Positions 16,730 through 25,743 are shown, counted from the stretch's first letter. The stretch is DNA of 47,089 nt from Kofleriaceae bacterium (GCA_035472155.1 DATIPJ010000260.1:1-47089); one strand, 5' to 3'. Translations and numbers: made by a program. The notes: generated by a model not told the origin, from the letters alone.

Positions 16730-16959
16730 CGATCACGCGTAGGTGTTGATCAGCGCGCCCTTGCCGTCGAGCGACGGCGGCGGGGTTGCCGCGGGGGCCA
16801 TGTCGGCTGGACCGCCGTCCGTGCTCGATTCGCCGCCGATCGCACCGCGGCGAACCAGCGGCGTGCGTGCTGCATTCGAGCCTTGTGCGGCGTCCAGCCG
16901 CATCGAGATCGGGTCTCAGGTCATGCGCCCTCGATTCGAGCATCGGCCGAGCACGGAAC

Positions 16960-17697
16960 CTATGTAGCTCCGATCGTCGGACTCCGGGAAAACCCGCATG
17001 TTCGCGGATCGCGACGCCAGGCGGCCGGTGAGGCGCCGGTGAGCTCGCGGATGGCGCGCGTCATGTGCGCCTGATCCGCAAAGCCGCTTGCGGCGGCGAT
17101 CTCGGCGAGTCGATCGCGCGTGCGCACGATGCGCAGCCACGCCGCGCGGGCGCGCAGCTCGGCGCGAAACCGCCGCGCCGAGACGCCGAATGCCGCCGAG
17201 AATGCGCGCGCGACGGTCTCGCGGGCGACGCCGAGCACGGCCGACCAGCCGGCGAGGCTACCGACGCGCTCGTCGACGATCTCGGCCGCGAGGCGATCCG
17301 GCAGGTCGTTGCCCGGTCGCCGTCGCGGGCTGCGCTGCCACTGTGCGCGCGCCGCCGCGGCCGCTTCGCGAACGTCGCGCTCCGCCGCGCGGATCACCGC
17401 GTCGGGATCGGGCAGCTCGAACACGCCGCCCAGGTCATCGATGTCGCCCCATGGCAGCCGAAGCAGCGTGGCACCGCGGCCGCCGGGCATGCGATTCGCG
17501 TGCGCATCGAGCGTGGGCTGGATCAGCAGGTCGCCGGCGTGTACCCGCACGCGGCCCGCGTAGCCGGCCTGATCGAACCGCCCGCGGATCAGCACGATCG
17601 CATACGGCTGCAGATGGCGATGGCGCGCCAGGTCGTGCCCGGGGGCGAGGTCCTCGCTACCCGGGATGATCGTCTTCAGCGTGCGGGCCGTGGTCAC
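16960..17697 (-). CDS. AraC family transcriptional regulator
   Basis: 245 aa with a cupin-like N-terminal part and a C-terminal double-HTH region (LAGWSAVLGVARETVARAFSAAFGVSARRFRAELR...EIAAASGFADQAHMTRAIRELTGASP). Confidence 0.8.
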   Translation of the reverse strand: MTTARTLKTIIPGSEDLAPGHDLARHRHLQPYAIVLIRGRFDQAGYAGRVRVHAGDLLIQPTLDAHANRMPGGRGATLLRLPWGDIDDLGGVFELPDPDAVIRAAERDVREAAAAARAQWQRSPRRRPGNDLPDRLAAEIVDERVGSLAGWSAVLGVARETVARAFSAAFGVSARRFRAELRARAAWLRIVRTRDRLAEIAAASGFADQAHMTRAIRELTGASPAAWRRDPRTCGFSRSPTIGAT

Positions 17698-17741
17698 ATT
17701 CGTTCAAGACGGCGCCTGGGCCGCCATCCCATCATCACAGC

Positions 17742-18491
17742 ATGCGTCCCCTGCCGCGGCCATCTGTGCTCGTCCTCGTCGCCGCCTGCGCGAGCGCTTC
17801 GCCGACCCCGAGCGGCCCCCGCGCCGCGCCCGCCGACGCCACGGCCACCCTTCGGGCGCAGACCCAGGAGATGCTCGACGCGGTCGGCGCCGGCAATGCC
17901 GCGGTGTGGGACCGCTACCTCGACCCGGGCGTGGTCTACCTCTCCGAGGCCGGCGACGTCGAGACCAAGGCCAGCCTGCTTGCCCAGCTCAAGCCCCTGC
18001 CGGCGGGCATCTCGGGCCACATCGCGATGAGCCGGTTCGACGTCGTGCAGTTCGGCGACGTCGCCATCGTGCTGCACGTCGACGAGGAATCGGAAGACTA
18101 CTTCGGCCATCCGATCCACGCGCGGTACATGACCACGGCGACGTGGCGGCTCGGGCCCGACGGCTGGAGGATGATCGGGAGCCAGGTGTACGCCGCGCTC
18201 CTCGATCCACCGGCGATCGAGCTGCCCGCGGGCCAGCTCGACGATTACGTCGGCACGTACCGCCTCACCGACGGGATCCACTACGCGATCCGGCGCGACG
18301 GCGATCACCTTGTCGGCGAGCGCACCGGCCGCCCGCCGCAGACCCTGCGCGTCGAGGCGCGCGACGTGCTGTTCGTCCCCGGGCAGCCGCGGTCGCGCAA
18401 GGTGTTCCTGCGCGACGCCGCGGGGAAGGTTGCGCGGTTCGCCGATCGCCGCGAGGCGCGCGACGTCGTGTGGACGCGCGAAGCGAAGTAG
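17742..18491 (+). CDS. lipoprotein with NTF2-like (DUF4440/SnoaL-like) domain
   Basis: 249 aa with lipobox LVAACAS. The segment AVWDRYLDPGVVYLSEAGDVETKASLLAQL...MTTATWRLGPDGWRMIGSQVY fits NTF2-like DUF4440. The C-terminal YVGTYRL...LVGERTG... module resembles DUF3471-type beta domains. Confidence 0.6.
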   Translation: MRPLPRPSVLVLVAACASASPTPSGPRAAPADATATLRAQTQEMLDAVGAGNAAVWDRYLDPGVVYLSEAGDVETKASLLAQLKPLPAGISGHIAMSRFDVVQFGDVAIVLHVDEESEDYFGHPIHARYMTTATWRLGPDGWRMIGSQVYAALLDPPAIELPAGQLDDYVGTYRLTDGIHYAIRRDGDHLVGERTGRPPQTLRVEARDVLFVPGQPRSRKVFLRDAAGKVARFADRREARDVVWTREAK

Positions 18492-18548
18492 CTTCCCTTC
18501 GACCGAAGCGGTGGTACGCGACCGAGGCGCGGGGTAGGGTCGCAGGGG

Positions 18549-19211
18549 ATGAGCTATCGCGACGATCGCGATGCGGACCAGGCGCGGATCGAGTCCCTCG
18601 AGCGCGAGCTGGCGGCGGCCAGAGACAAGCTGGAGGTGCTCGAGGGGCGGCAGTCGCAGGCGCTGGTGCTGGCATCTCCCGCGACGCTGGTGCGCAACGG
18701 GCGGTCGAGCGGTGCCGCGTGGTGGTTCGGCGCGCCCGGACAGCTGCAGTTTGCGCGGCGGTTCGACGGCGTGTTCCCGGCCGAGCGGTTCGAGGAGCTC
18801 GTCGAGCGCATCCGCGAGGTCACGCGCGATCCGGGGCGCACGGAGCTGTTGCGCTCGTCGCTGACGTGGTTCGCATCGCGCGCCGAGAAGTCGCCCGGGC
18901 CGTTCCGCGTGGTGACGGTGACGGTGCGCGATGGCACCACCACGCTCACGGTGACCGACCGGCTCGCCGGGCTCGCGGGTGCGATCTACGGTGGGGTCGG
19001 CGGTGGCGTCGGGGGCGGCGGGCTGAGCCTGCCGATCCTGGCGGCGACGGCGGTGCCGCTGCTCGCCCCGGTGTTCATCCTGGGCTGGCTCGGCGGCGTG
19101 TTCCTCGGGACGCGCGAGATCTACAAGCGCGCCGCCCACCGCCGCGCCGTGCAGCTGCAGCAGCTGTTCGATGCGCTGGTCGGGGACATCGAGGCAGCGC
19201 TGAAGCCGTGA
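18549..19211 (+). CDS. hypothetical coiled-coil plus Gly-rich transmembrane protein
   Basis: 220 aa. It has an N-terminal charged helix (DADQARIESLERELAAARDKLEVLEGRQ) and a C-terminal hydrophobic segment (GGVGGGVGGGGLSLPILAATAVPLLAPVFILGWLGGVFLG). Its stop TGA 19209-19211 overlaps GTG 19208 of the helicase gene. Confidence 0.6.
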   Translation: MSYRDDRDADQARIESLERELAAARDKLEVLEGRQSQALVLASPATLVRNGRSSGAAWWFGAPGQLQFARRFDGVFPAERFEELVERIREVTRDPGRTELLRSSLTWFASRAEKSPGPFRVVTVTVRDGTTTLTVTDRLAGLAGAIYGGVGGGVGGGGLSLPILAATAVPLLAPVFILGWLGGVFLGTREIYKRAAHRRAVQLQQLFDALVGDIEAALKP

Positions 19212-22200
19212 ATCACCGGTTCGCCGAGGTGCTCACCGTTCGCCATCTCCGTGCGATGGCGGGGCCAGCGTTCGGCCGCGGCGAGGCGTACTGGCGCGAC
19301 GGTAACGTGCTGTCCCACACGGTGAGTGACGATGCCATCGACGGTGTTGTCGTCGGGCACGAGCGCTACCATGTGCGGCTGACGAGGATCGGCGGGGCGC
19401 TGAGCGCGAGCTGCACCTGCCCGGTGGGCGCCATCATCTGCAAGCACGCGGTGGCGCTCGGGCTGGCGGTGCTGCACGAGGACCCGTCGCTGCAGAGCGC
19501 GGTCGCGCCGACCGCGAACGCACCGTGGACGGAGGCGGCCGGCGGGTTCGCCGCGCGCGGCGAGCTCGACGCCTGGGTGGCGGCCAACGACGTCAAGCAT
19601 GCGCTGTGGCAGTCGGCCGAGGCGCTGATCCCGCGGCTGCCCGTCGAGGATGTGCAGCGCTACGGCCTGCGGTATCTCCTCGGGCGGCTCGCGCTGCGCG
19701 ACGTGGCGTCGCGCGATAGCGTGCGGCGGATGATCGGCGTACGCGCGCTCGAGGCGCCGATCGCCGACGCGGCGCGCGCGGAGCTCGACGAAGCCGCCGC
19801 GATCGTCAGGGCGGGGATCGACGAGGAACGCGCGCGACCGGAGCGGTACCGCGAACGCGCGGGGCAGCCGGCCGAGCGCGCAGGGAGCTCGCGCGACGGC
19901 AAGGCGCACGGAGCACCCGCGTCCGACCAGGCCAACGGTCCATTGGCGGACGCGACGGGGGCAGCCGGCGGCGGGGTCGGCGCGCTGTGGGCTCGGCTGG
20001 TCGAGGCGCGGCGCGAGGTCCGCGCGCATGCGGCGCCGCGCTCGCGGGCGGTGCGGGCGAGCGGCACGTGGCGCTTCGAGCCGGCGGCGGCGGCCATCGT
20101 CTGGAAGGAGAGCGACCGCGTGGTGCGCGGCCCGATCGATCACGCGACCGTCGGGGTGGCGGCGCGGCTGACGATGCCCAACGGCGGGGCGGCGCGCCTC
20201 GAGTGCACGTGCGGCGCGACCGAGGCGCGGTGCACCCACGCGATCGCGCTGATCGACGCCACGCTCGACGCGCTCGAGGATGCGGCGCGCGGCGACGAGA
20301 TGAGAGCGCTCGCCGACGAGCTGCTGCGCCCGGGGTGGGCGCGGCTGCTGCAGGAGCTCGATCGCCACGACGCCAAGGCGGCCAAGCCGAAGGCGCCGAT
20401 CGAGGTGTGGTGGCGCATCGACCACGAGCTCGGGGCGATCACGCTGTCGCCGATCGTGAAGAAGCAGCGCAAGGGCGGCGCGATGAGCTCGGGGTCCAAG
20501 CCGACGGTGGCGCGGATGCTCGAGGACCATCGCGATCAGCTGTCGGAGCTCGACGCGCGGATCGCCGAGCACGTGCTCGCGTGGGCACCCGCCGGGCGCG
20601 GCTCGTGGTCGACCAGCCGCGGGGTGTCGGTTCCGGCGCGCGCGTTCGCGGCGCTGGTCGGGCACCCGCGCGTGATCGCCGAGTGGTCGGACGAGCCGAT
20701 CGAGGTCGTGCGCGCGGCCCTGGGGTTCTCGGCGCGCATGGTGCGCGATCACGTCACCCTCGAGGCGTCGCTCGACGGCGCGCCGTGCGACCGCGCGTTG
20801 CTCGGCGACCTCCTGGGTGCGTTCGCGCCGGGCGAGCCGCTGGTGATCGAGGACCCGCGCCGCCAGCGCTGCGTGCTGGTCGACGTCGGTGACGATGCGC
20901 GGCGGCTGTGGGATCTCCTGGTCAAGCACGGCGACGTGTTCCCGCCCGAGAGCCATGGCGCGCTGCTCGAGCGGCTCGGCCGCATGGAGGGCCGCATGCC
21001 GCTCGAGGTGCCGCATGCGCTCAAGGGCAAGCTCCTCGCCTATGACGCGACGACGGTCGCGCGGCTGCGCCTCTTGCCCGACGCGTCGCTCGAGCTCGAC
21101 CTCGGGGTGCGGCCCGGGGCCGGTGCGCCCGTGTTCCAGCCGGGCAGCGGCCCGCGCGACGTGCTGCTCGTGCGCGCCGGCGAGCGCGGCTACGTGCGGC
21201 GCGCGCTCACCGACGAGCCGGCGCGTGCGCGCGGCATGCTCGAGGGCCTGCCGATGGACGGCGCCGAGGAGGGCCCACCGTTCTGCTACCGGGTCGGCGA
21301 GCCGGACGCCGCGCTCCGCCTGGTGAGCGCGCTGCAGGAGCCGCGGCCGGGGCTCGAGGTCGAGTGGGTCGACGCGCGGCCGGCGATCACCCGCGGCGTC
21401 GGGCCCGAGGCACTGCGCGTGCAGGTCGAGCGCCGGCGCGACTGGTTCGGCATCGTCGGTGAGCTCAAGGTCGAGGCCGGGCGGCTCGAGCTCGCGGTGC
21501 TGCTCGATGCGGCGCGCCGCCAGCAGCGCTTCGTGCGCGTCGACGAGCGGCGCTGGGTCGAGCTGACCGAGACGCTGCAGCAGCGGCTGCTCGCGGTCGC
21601 CGACCAGACGTTCGCCTCGCGCCAGCAGCTCGAGCTATCGCCCGGCGCAGTCCCGGCGATCCGCGCGCTCGCCGATGCCGGCGCCAAGGTCGAGACCGCG
21701 CCCGACTGGCAGCGGCTCACCGAGCGGCTGGCGTCGTCGATCAAGCTGCTGCCGCAGCCGCCGGCGGCGCTCGAGGCCACGCTGCGCGACTACCAGATCG
21801 AGGGCCACGCGTGGCTGAGCCGGGTCGCCGCGTGGGGCGCCGGCGCCTGCCTCGCCGACGACATGGGCCTGGGCAAGACGGTGCAGGCGATCGCCGTGCT
21901 GCTCGACCGCGCGCGCCAGGGCCCCGCGCTGGTGCTCGCGCCGACCTCGGTCGCATTCAACTGGGTCCACGAGCTCGAGCGGTTCGCGCCGACGCTGACG
22001 CCGATCCTCTACGGCGAGCAGGACGATCGCGCGCGCACCCTGGCGCGGCTGCGCAAGAAGGACGTGGTGATCGTCAGCTACGGCCTGCTCGTGCGCGACA
22101 TCGAGTCGCTCGCGAAGACGCCCTTCGCGACGCTGGTGATCGACGAGGCGCAGGCGCTCAAGAACGCCAACACCCACCGCGCGCGGGCGGCGCGCCGGCT

Positions 22201-23215
22201 CGACGCCGGGTTTCGCATCGCGCTCTCGGGCACGCCGTTCGAGAACCACCTCGGCGAGCTGTGGAGCCTGTTCGCGATCCTGTTCCCCGGCTTGCTCGGC
22301 AGCTGGGACCAGTTCCGCGAGCGGTTCGCCGGGCCGATCGAGCGCGCCAAGGATCCCGAGGCGCGCGCGGCGCTGTCGCGCGTGTTGCGGCCCTTCCTGC
22401 TCCGCCGCACCAAGGCCGAGGTGGCGCGCGAGCTGCCGTCGCGCACCGAGGTCGAGGTGCCGGTCGTGCTGTCCAAGGAGGAGTGGGAGATGTACGAGGA
22501 TGCGCGGCTCGCCGCCGTCGCCGAGCTCGACCGCGCCGGCAAGCAGCTGCGCGATCCGCAGCGCAGGTTCCAGATCCTGGCCGCGCTCACCCGCCTGCGT
22601 CTGCTCGCCTCGCACCCGCGGCTCTACGACGGCCGCTCGCAGGTCGCCTCGTCGAAGACGCGCCGCCTGCTCGAGCTCCTCGAGGAGCTGCGCAGCGAGG
22701 GCCACCGCGCGCTGGTGTTCAGCCAGTTCACCTCGCACCTCTCGCTGGTCGCGAGCGCGCTCGAGCACGCCGGCTACACCTCGCTCTACCTCGACGGCTC
22801 GACCCCGGCGCCCGAGCGCGCCCGCCGGATCGCGCGCTTTCAGGCCGGCGAAGCCGAGGTGTTCTTGCTCTCGCTCAAGGCGGGCGGCACCGGCATCAAC
22901 CTGACGGCGGCCGATTACGTGATCCACCTCGACCCGTGGTGGAACCCCGCGGTCGAGGATCAGGCGACCGACCGCGCCCACCGCATCGGCCAGACCAAGC
23001 CGGTGACGGTGTACCGCCTGATCGCGCGCGGCACGATCGAGGAGCAGATCGTGCGCATGCACGGCGACAAGCGCGCGCTGGTCGCCGGGGTGCTCGACGG
23101 CACCGATGTCGCCGGTCGCCTCACCACCAAAGATCTGCTGGCGCTGCTCGCCGCGGTGCACCCATCGGTGGGAGCGGGCGACGACGACCCGGAGCCGCAG
23201 CTCGCCAGCGTCTGA
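19208..23215 (+). CDS. SNF2-family helicase/ATPase with N-terminal SWIM zinc finger(s)
   Basis: This is the C-terminal 1335 codons of track ORF 17666..23215, started at GTG 19208. The SWIM finger is CTCPVGAIICKHAVAL, and a second CxC..CxH follows (CTCGATEARCTHAIAL). The SNF2 motifs are LRDYQIEGHAWL, LADDMGLGKTVQAIA, LVIDEAQALKN, ALSGTPFENHLGELWSLF, ALVFSQFT and GGTGINLTAADYVIHLDPWWNPAVEDQATDRAHRIGQTKPVTVYRL. Confidence 0.9.
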   Translation: MNHRFAEVLTVRHLRAMAGPAFGRGEAYWRDGNVLSHTVSDDAIDGVVVGHERYHVRLTRIGGALSASCTCPVGAIICKHAVALGLAVLHEDPSLQSAVAPTANAPWTEAAGGFAARGELDAWVAANDVKHALWQSAEALIPRLPVEDVQRYGLRYLLGRLALRDVASRDSVRRMIGVRALEAPIADAARAELDEAAAIVRAGIDEERARPERYRERAGQPAERAGSSRDGKAHGAPASDQANGPLADATGAAGGGVGALWARLVEARREVRAHAAPRSRAVRASGTWRFEPAAAAIVWKESDRVVRGPIDHATVGVAARLTMPNGGAARLECTCGATEARCTHAIALIDATLDALEDAARGDEMRALADELLRPGWARLLQELDRHDAKAAKPKAPIEVWWRIDHELGAITLSPIVKKQRKGGAMSSGSKPTVARMLEDHRDQLSELDARIAEHVLAWAPAGRGSWSTSRGVSVPARAFAALVGHPRVIAEWSDEPIEVVRAALGFSARMVRDHVTLEASLDGAPCDRALLGDLLGAFAPGEPLVIEDPRRQRCVLVDVGDDARRLWDLLVKHGDVFPPESHGALLERLGRMEGRMPLEVPHALKGKLLAYDATTVARLRLLPDASLELDLGVRPGAGAPVFQPGSGPRDVLLVRAGERGYVRRALTDEPARARGMLEGLPMDGAEEGPPFCYRVGEPDAALRLVSALQEPRPGLEVEWVDARPAITRGVGPEALRVQVERRRDWFGIVGELKVEAGRLELAVLLDAARRQQRFVRVDERRWVELTETLQQRLLAVADQTFASRQQLELSPGAVPAIRALADAGAKVETAPDWQRLTERLASSIKLLPQPPAALEATLRDYQIEGHAWLSRVAAWGAGACLADDMGLGKTVQAIAVLLDRARQGPALVLAPTSVAFNWVHELERFAPTLTPILYGEQDDRARTLARLRKKDVVIVSYGLLVRDIESLAKTPFATLVIDEAQALKNANTHRARAARRLDAGFRIALSGTPFENHLGELWSLFAILFPGLLGSWDQFRERFAGPIERAKDPEARAALSRVLRPFLLRRTKAEVARELPSRTEVEVPVVLSKEEWEMYEDARLAAVAELDRAGKQLRDPQRRFQILAALTRLRLLASHPRLYDGRSQVASSKTRRLLELLEELRSEGHRALVFSQFTSHLSLVASALEHAGYTSLYLDGSTPAPERARRIARFQAGEAEVFLLSLKAGGTGINLTAADYVIHLDPWWNPAVEDQATDRAHRIGQTKPVTVYRLIARGTIEEQIVRMHGDKRALVAGVLDGTDVAGRLTTKDLLALLAAVHPSVGAGDDDPEPQLASV

Positions 23216-23258
23216 CCCGCGCTGCTCCCGATCCGGCGTTGGGAGTAGGATGCCGCAT

Positions 23259-23765
23259 ATGTACTTCGAAGCCTTTGGCCAGATGAAGAAGCAGCTGGGG
23301 CAGCTCGACAAGTGGATGGAGGCGGCGGCGTCGTTCGCCCAGAGCAAGTCGTTCGAGCCCGGGCTGCTGCTCGGCTTCCGGCTCGCGCCCGACCAGTTCG
23401 CGTTCGCGCGCCAGGTGCAGGTCGCTTCCGATACCGCGAAGCTGGCCGCCGCGCGGCTGACCGGCAAGGACGCGCCGACGCATCCCGACACCGAGCAGAC
23501 GCTCGAGGAGCTGCAGTCGCGCGTGCGCGCGGTGATCGGTTTCCTCGACGCGATGACCGCCAAGGACTTCGAGAACGCCGCGACCCGGGTCATCTCCATG
23601 CCCCGCTGGGAGGGCAAGACGATGAGCGGTGCGGACTACTTCCTCGAGCACGCGCAGCCGAACTTCTTCTTTCACCTCACGCACGCGTACGCGATCCTGC
23701 GTCACACGGGCGTGCCGCTCGGCAAGCGCGACTACCTGGGAACGATCACGCTGCGCACCGCGTGA
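23259..23765 (+). CDS. DUF1993 family protein
   Basis: Frame of track ORF 23106..23765. The start is ATG 23259, or ATG 23250 three codons upstream. Conserved DUF1993 blocks are RLAPDQFAFARQVQVASDTAK and PNFFFHLTHAYAILRHTGVPLGKRDYLG. Confidence 0.75.
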   Translation: MYFEAFGQMKKQLGQLDKWMEAAASFAQSKSFEPGLLLGFRLAPDQFAFARQVQVASDTAKLAAARLTGKDAPTHPDTEQTLEELQSRVRAVIGFLDAMTAKDFENAATRVISMPRWEGKTMSGADYFLEHAQPNFFFHLTHAYAILRHTGVPLGKRDYLGTITLRTA

Positions 23766-23801
23766 GCGGCCGCGCGTGATCGCGATCCGATCGCGCCGCG
23801 G

Positions 23802-24098
23802 TCACGGGTTGGTCGACGGCGTCGTCGTCTGCGGAATCGGGTCGCACCAGAACTTCTGGCTGTTGACCCCGCCTTGCGCGCTGCCGCCCCACAAGCCGCC
23901 GTTGGCCGCTCCAGCTCCCTGCCCGGTCGTCGACTCCCAGTGCGGCGAGGTGCCCGTGGGGCACGTCAAGTTCGGCTGCACCGTGGTGGTCTGGGACTGG
24001 GTGGTGGCGGGGGGTTGATTCTCGCCACCAACCACCGAGGCGAGGTCCAGCGACGAGATCGAGGGGAGGGCAGACGCAGTAGCGATCGACTTGGGCAT
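23802..24098 (-). CDS. small secreted peptide precursor with double-glycine (bacteriocin-type) leader
   Basis: Frame of track ORF 23802..24137, started at ATG 24098 with AAGGAAA about 7 nt upstream. The 25-aa leader MPKSIATASALPSISSLDLASVVGG fits the GG-leader consensus: hydrophobic at -4, -7, -12 and -15, acidic at -8. The 73-aa core is Thr/Gln/Gly/Pro-rich with 2 Cys and 3 Trp. Confidence 0.6.
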   Translation of the reverse strand: MPKSIATASALPSISSLDLASVVGGENQPPATTQSQTTTVQPNLTCPTGTSPHWESTTGQGAGAANGGLWGGSAQGGVNSQKFWCDPIPQTTTPSTNP

Positions 24099-24259
24099 CT
24101 CAGTTTCCTTGTTGGGGTGTGACGAGCCCTGGTGCACGGCTCAGACCAACCGCAACTCCTCGCAACTGTTCGCCCGTCGCCGCGCGCGTCGCGCCTGCTG
24201 GTAGACAGCTCGTAACCCGCGCCGCGCAGAGAGCGCGAATCGCGCGAAGCGCGGACTCC

Positions 24260-25003
24260 TCAGCGGACCTTCAGCGACTCGAGCATCTTGCGGAACGCGC
24301 CGGCCTGCGCGTCGACGGTCGCCTTGGCGCCGACGAGCTTGAAGTAGTACGGGCCCGCGGGGCTCGACACGATCGCAGCGAGCAGCGCCTGGTCCGCCTT
24401 GTCGACGTTCTCGGTCGCGCCGGGCATCGCAGGAGCGACGAAGTGGCCGGTGACCGACACGTACGTCGCGTCCTGGCCGCCGAACTTCGTCTTCTCGATC
24501 TTGGCGACGTCGCGCGACTTCTTGCCGTCGGGCTGCTGGAACTGTCCGAGCCAGCGGTCGAGGTTGTCGTCGACGCTGCCGGCGCCGCCTTCGCCGAAGT
24601 AGTAGACGATCAGCTCCGCCTCGGCGCCGGGCTTGGCGGGGAGCATGAAGTCGGCGGCGCGCATGCTCGACGTGACGGCCTTCGTCGTCCAGTCGGCGGG
24701 TGCGGTCAGCGTGAATGGCCCCATCGCGAGGCTGCCATCGGCCTGCTTCTCGAGCGCCTTGGGCGCGGTCTTCTGCGGAACGCTGCCGTGCGTGCTGTCC
24801 GCGGGCATGCCGGCGTGCGTGCTGTCCGCGGGCATGCCGGCGTGCGCGTTCGCTGGCGCGGTCGCCGCCGCGTGCGGGTTGGGCGCCGCGCTGCCCGACA
24901 CGCCCGAGCCCCAATCTCCGGCGGGCGGCAGCTCGCCCTTCGGTGGGGCCTTCTTGCAGGAGATCGAGAATGCGGCGGCGATCACCAGGGCGTGGCGAAA
25001 CAT
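24260..25003 (-). CDS. lipoprotein of unknown function
   Basis: Frame of track ORF 24260..25381, started at ATG 25003. The lipobox is MFRHALVIAAAFSISC. A low-complexity linker containing the duplicated HAGMPADST is followed by a globular domain (GPFTLTAPADWTTK...YYFKLVGAKATVDA). Confidence 0.7.
   Translation of the reverse strand: MFRHALVIAAAFSISCKKAPPKGELPPAGDWGSGVSGSAAPNPHAAATAPANAHAGMPADSTHAGMPADSTHGSVPQKTAPKALEKQADGSLAMGPFTLTAPADWTTKAVTSSMRAADFMLPAKPGAEAELIVYYFGEGGAGSVDDNLDRWLGQFQQPDGKKSRDVAKIEKTKFGGQDATYVSVTGHFVAPAMPGATENVDKADQALLAAIVSSPAGPYYFKLVGAKATVDAQAGAFRKMLESLKVR
24788..24841. repeat. perfect 2 x 27-bp tandem duplication inside the lipoprotein gene
   Basis: GTGCGTGCTGTCCGCGGGCATGCCGGC occurs twice in a row (24788-24814 and 24815-24841), followed by a partial third start (GTGCGCG). 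It encodes HAGMPADST twice on the minus strand. Confidence 0.9.
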
Positions 25004-25062
25004 GCCCCACTGTAGTGGCAGCCGGCGGCGTTGCCCAGCGGTTCGGGCTAGGGTCGCCGCGC

Positions 25063-25743
25063 ATGACGCCCTGGAAGACGCTCGCGACGATCGCGACCGC
25101 CGAAGGTCCGCTCGAGCTGCGGCAGCGCGGCGCGCGTGAGTTCCTGATCGTGATCGGCGGGCGCGTCCTGATGACGAGCAGCGATCGTCGCTCCGAGGAG
25201 GCGCTCGCGACGCTCGCGTGCGCGAACCTTCCGCGCGCGGCGCCGCGCGTCCTGATCGGCGGGCTCGGCATGGCGTACACGGTGCGCGCGGCGCTCGACG
25301 CGTTGCCCGCGGGCGCCGAGGTGACGGTGGCCGAGCTGACGCCCGAGGTCGAGGCGTGGTGCCGCGGCCCGCTCGCCGCACTGACCCACAACCCGTTGGC
25401 CGATCCGCGCGTGCGCGTGGTGATCGACGACGTGGCGCGCGTCATCGCGAGCGCTCCGCGCGGGCACTACGACGCGATCGTGCTCGATCTGTACGAGGGC
25501 CCGCACGCGGCGACCCAGCGCGCCGACGACGCGTTCTACGGCCGCCCGGCCCTCGAGCGCAGCCGCGCGGCGCTGCTGCCGGGCGGCGTGCTCGCGGTCT
25601 GGTCCGAGGATCCCGACGAGCCGTTCGCGCGGCGGCTGGCCGCGGGCGGCTTCGCGGTCAGCGTGCACCGCCTGGGCACGGCACGCACCCACGTGGTCTA
25701 CCTCGGCCGGCGCGAAGAACCCCGCGCTCCGCGGAAGCGGTAG
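25063..25743 (+). CDS. spermidine-synthase-like class I methyltransferase-fold protein
   Basis: Frame of track ORF 24715..25743, started at ATG 25063. The pattern ELRQRGAREFLIVIGGRVLMTSSDRRSEEALA...VLIGGLGMAYTVRAALD...VAELTPEV...YDAIVLDLYEGP is typical of short spermine/spermidine-synthase-like proteins. Confidence 0.7.
   Translation: MTPWKTLATIATAEGPLELRQRGAREFLIVIGGRVLMTSSDRRSEEALATLACANLPRAAPRVLIGGLGMAYTVRAALDALPAGAEVTVAELTPEVEAWCRGPLAALTHNPLADPRVRVVIDDVARVIASAPRGHYDAIVLDLYEGPHAATQRADDAFYGRPALERSRAALLPGGVLAVWSEDPDEPFARRLAAGGFAVSVHRLGTARTHVVYLGRREEPRAPRKR

Noticed and set aside
16733-16903. 57-codon minus-strand ORF (M R L D A A Q G S N ... G K G A L I N T Y A) in the gap between the aminopeptidase and AraC genes
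   Set aside because: It has no RBS and no recognisable motif, and it is short for this GC content, where random open frames of this size are common. I left it unannotated.
17666-23215. 1849-aa ORF offered by the track as one giant gene
   Set aside because: Its first 514 codons are Arg/Ala/Gly/Pro-rich. They read through, out of frame, two well-formed genes (17742-18491 and 18549-19211). Recognisable sequence (SWIM, SNF2) begins only at GTG 19208, which overlaps the upstream stop.
23766-23804. Imperfect inverted repeat between the convergent DUF1993 and GG-peptide genes as a terminator
   Set aside because: The stem has a mismatch, and the central CGCGATC/GATCGCG palindrome leaves a 1-nt loop. 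No T-tract follows, and it overlaps a stop codon. It is too weak to call.
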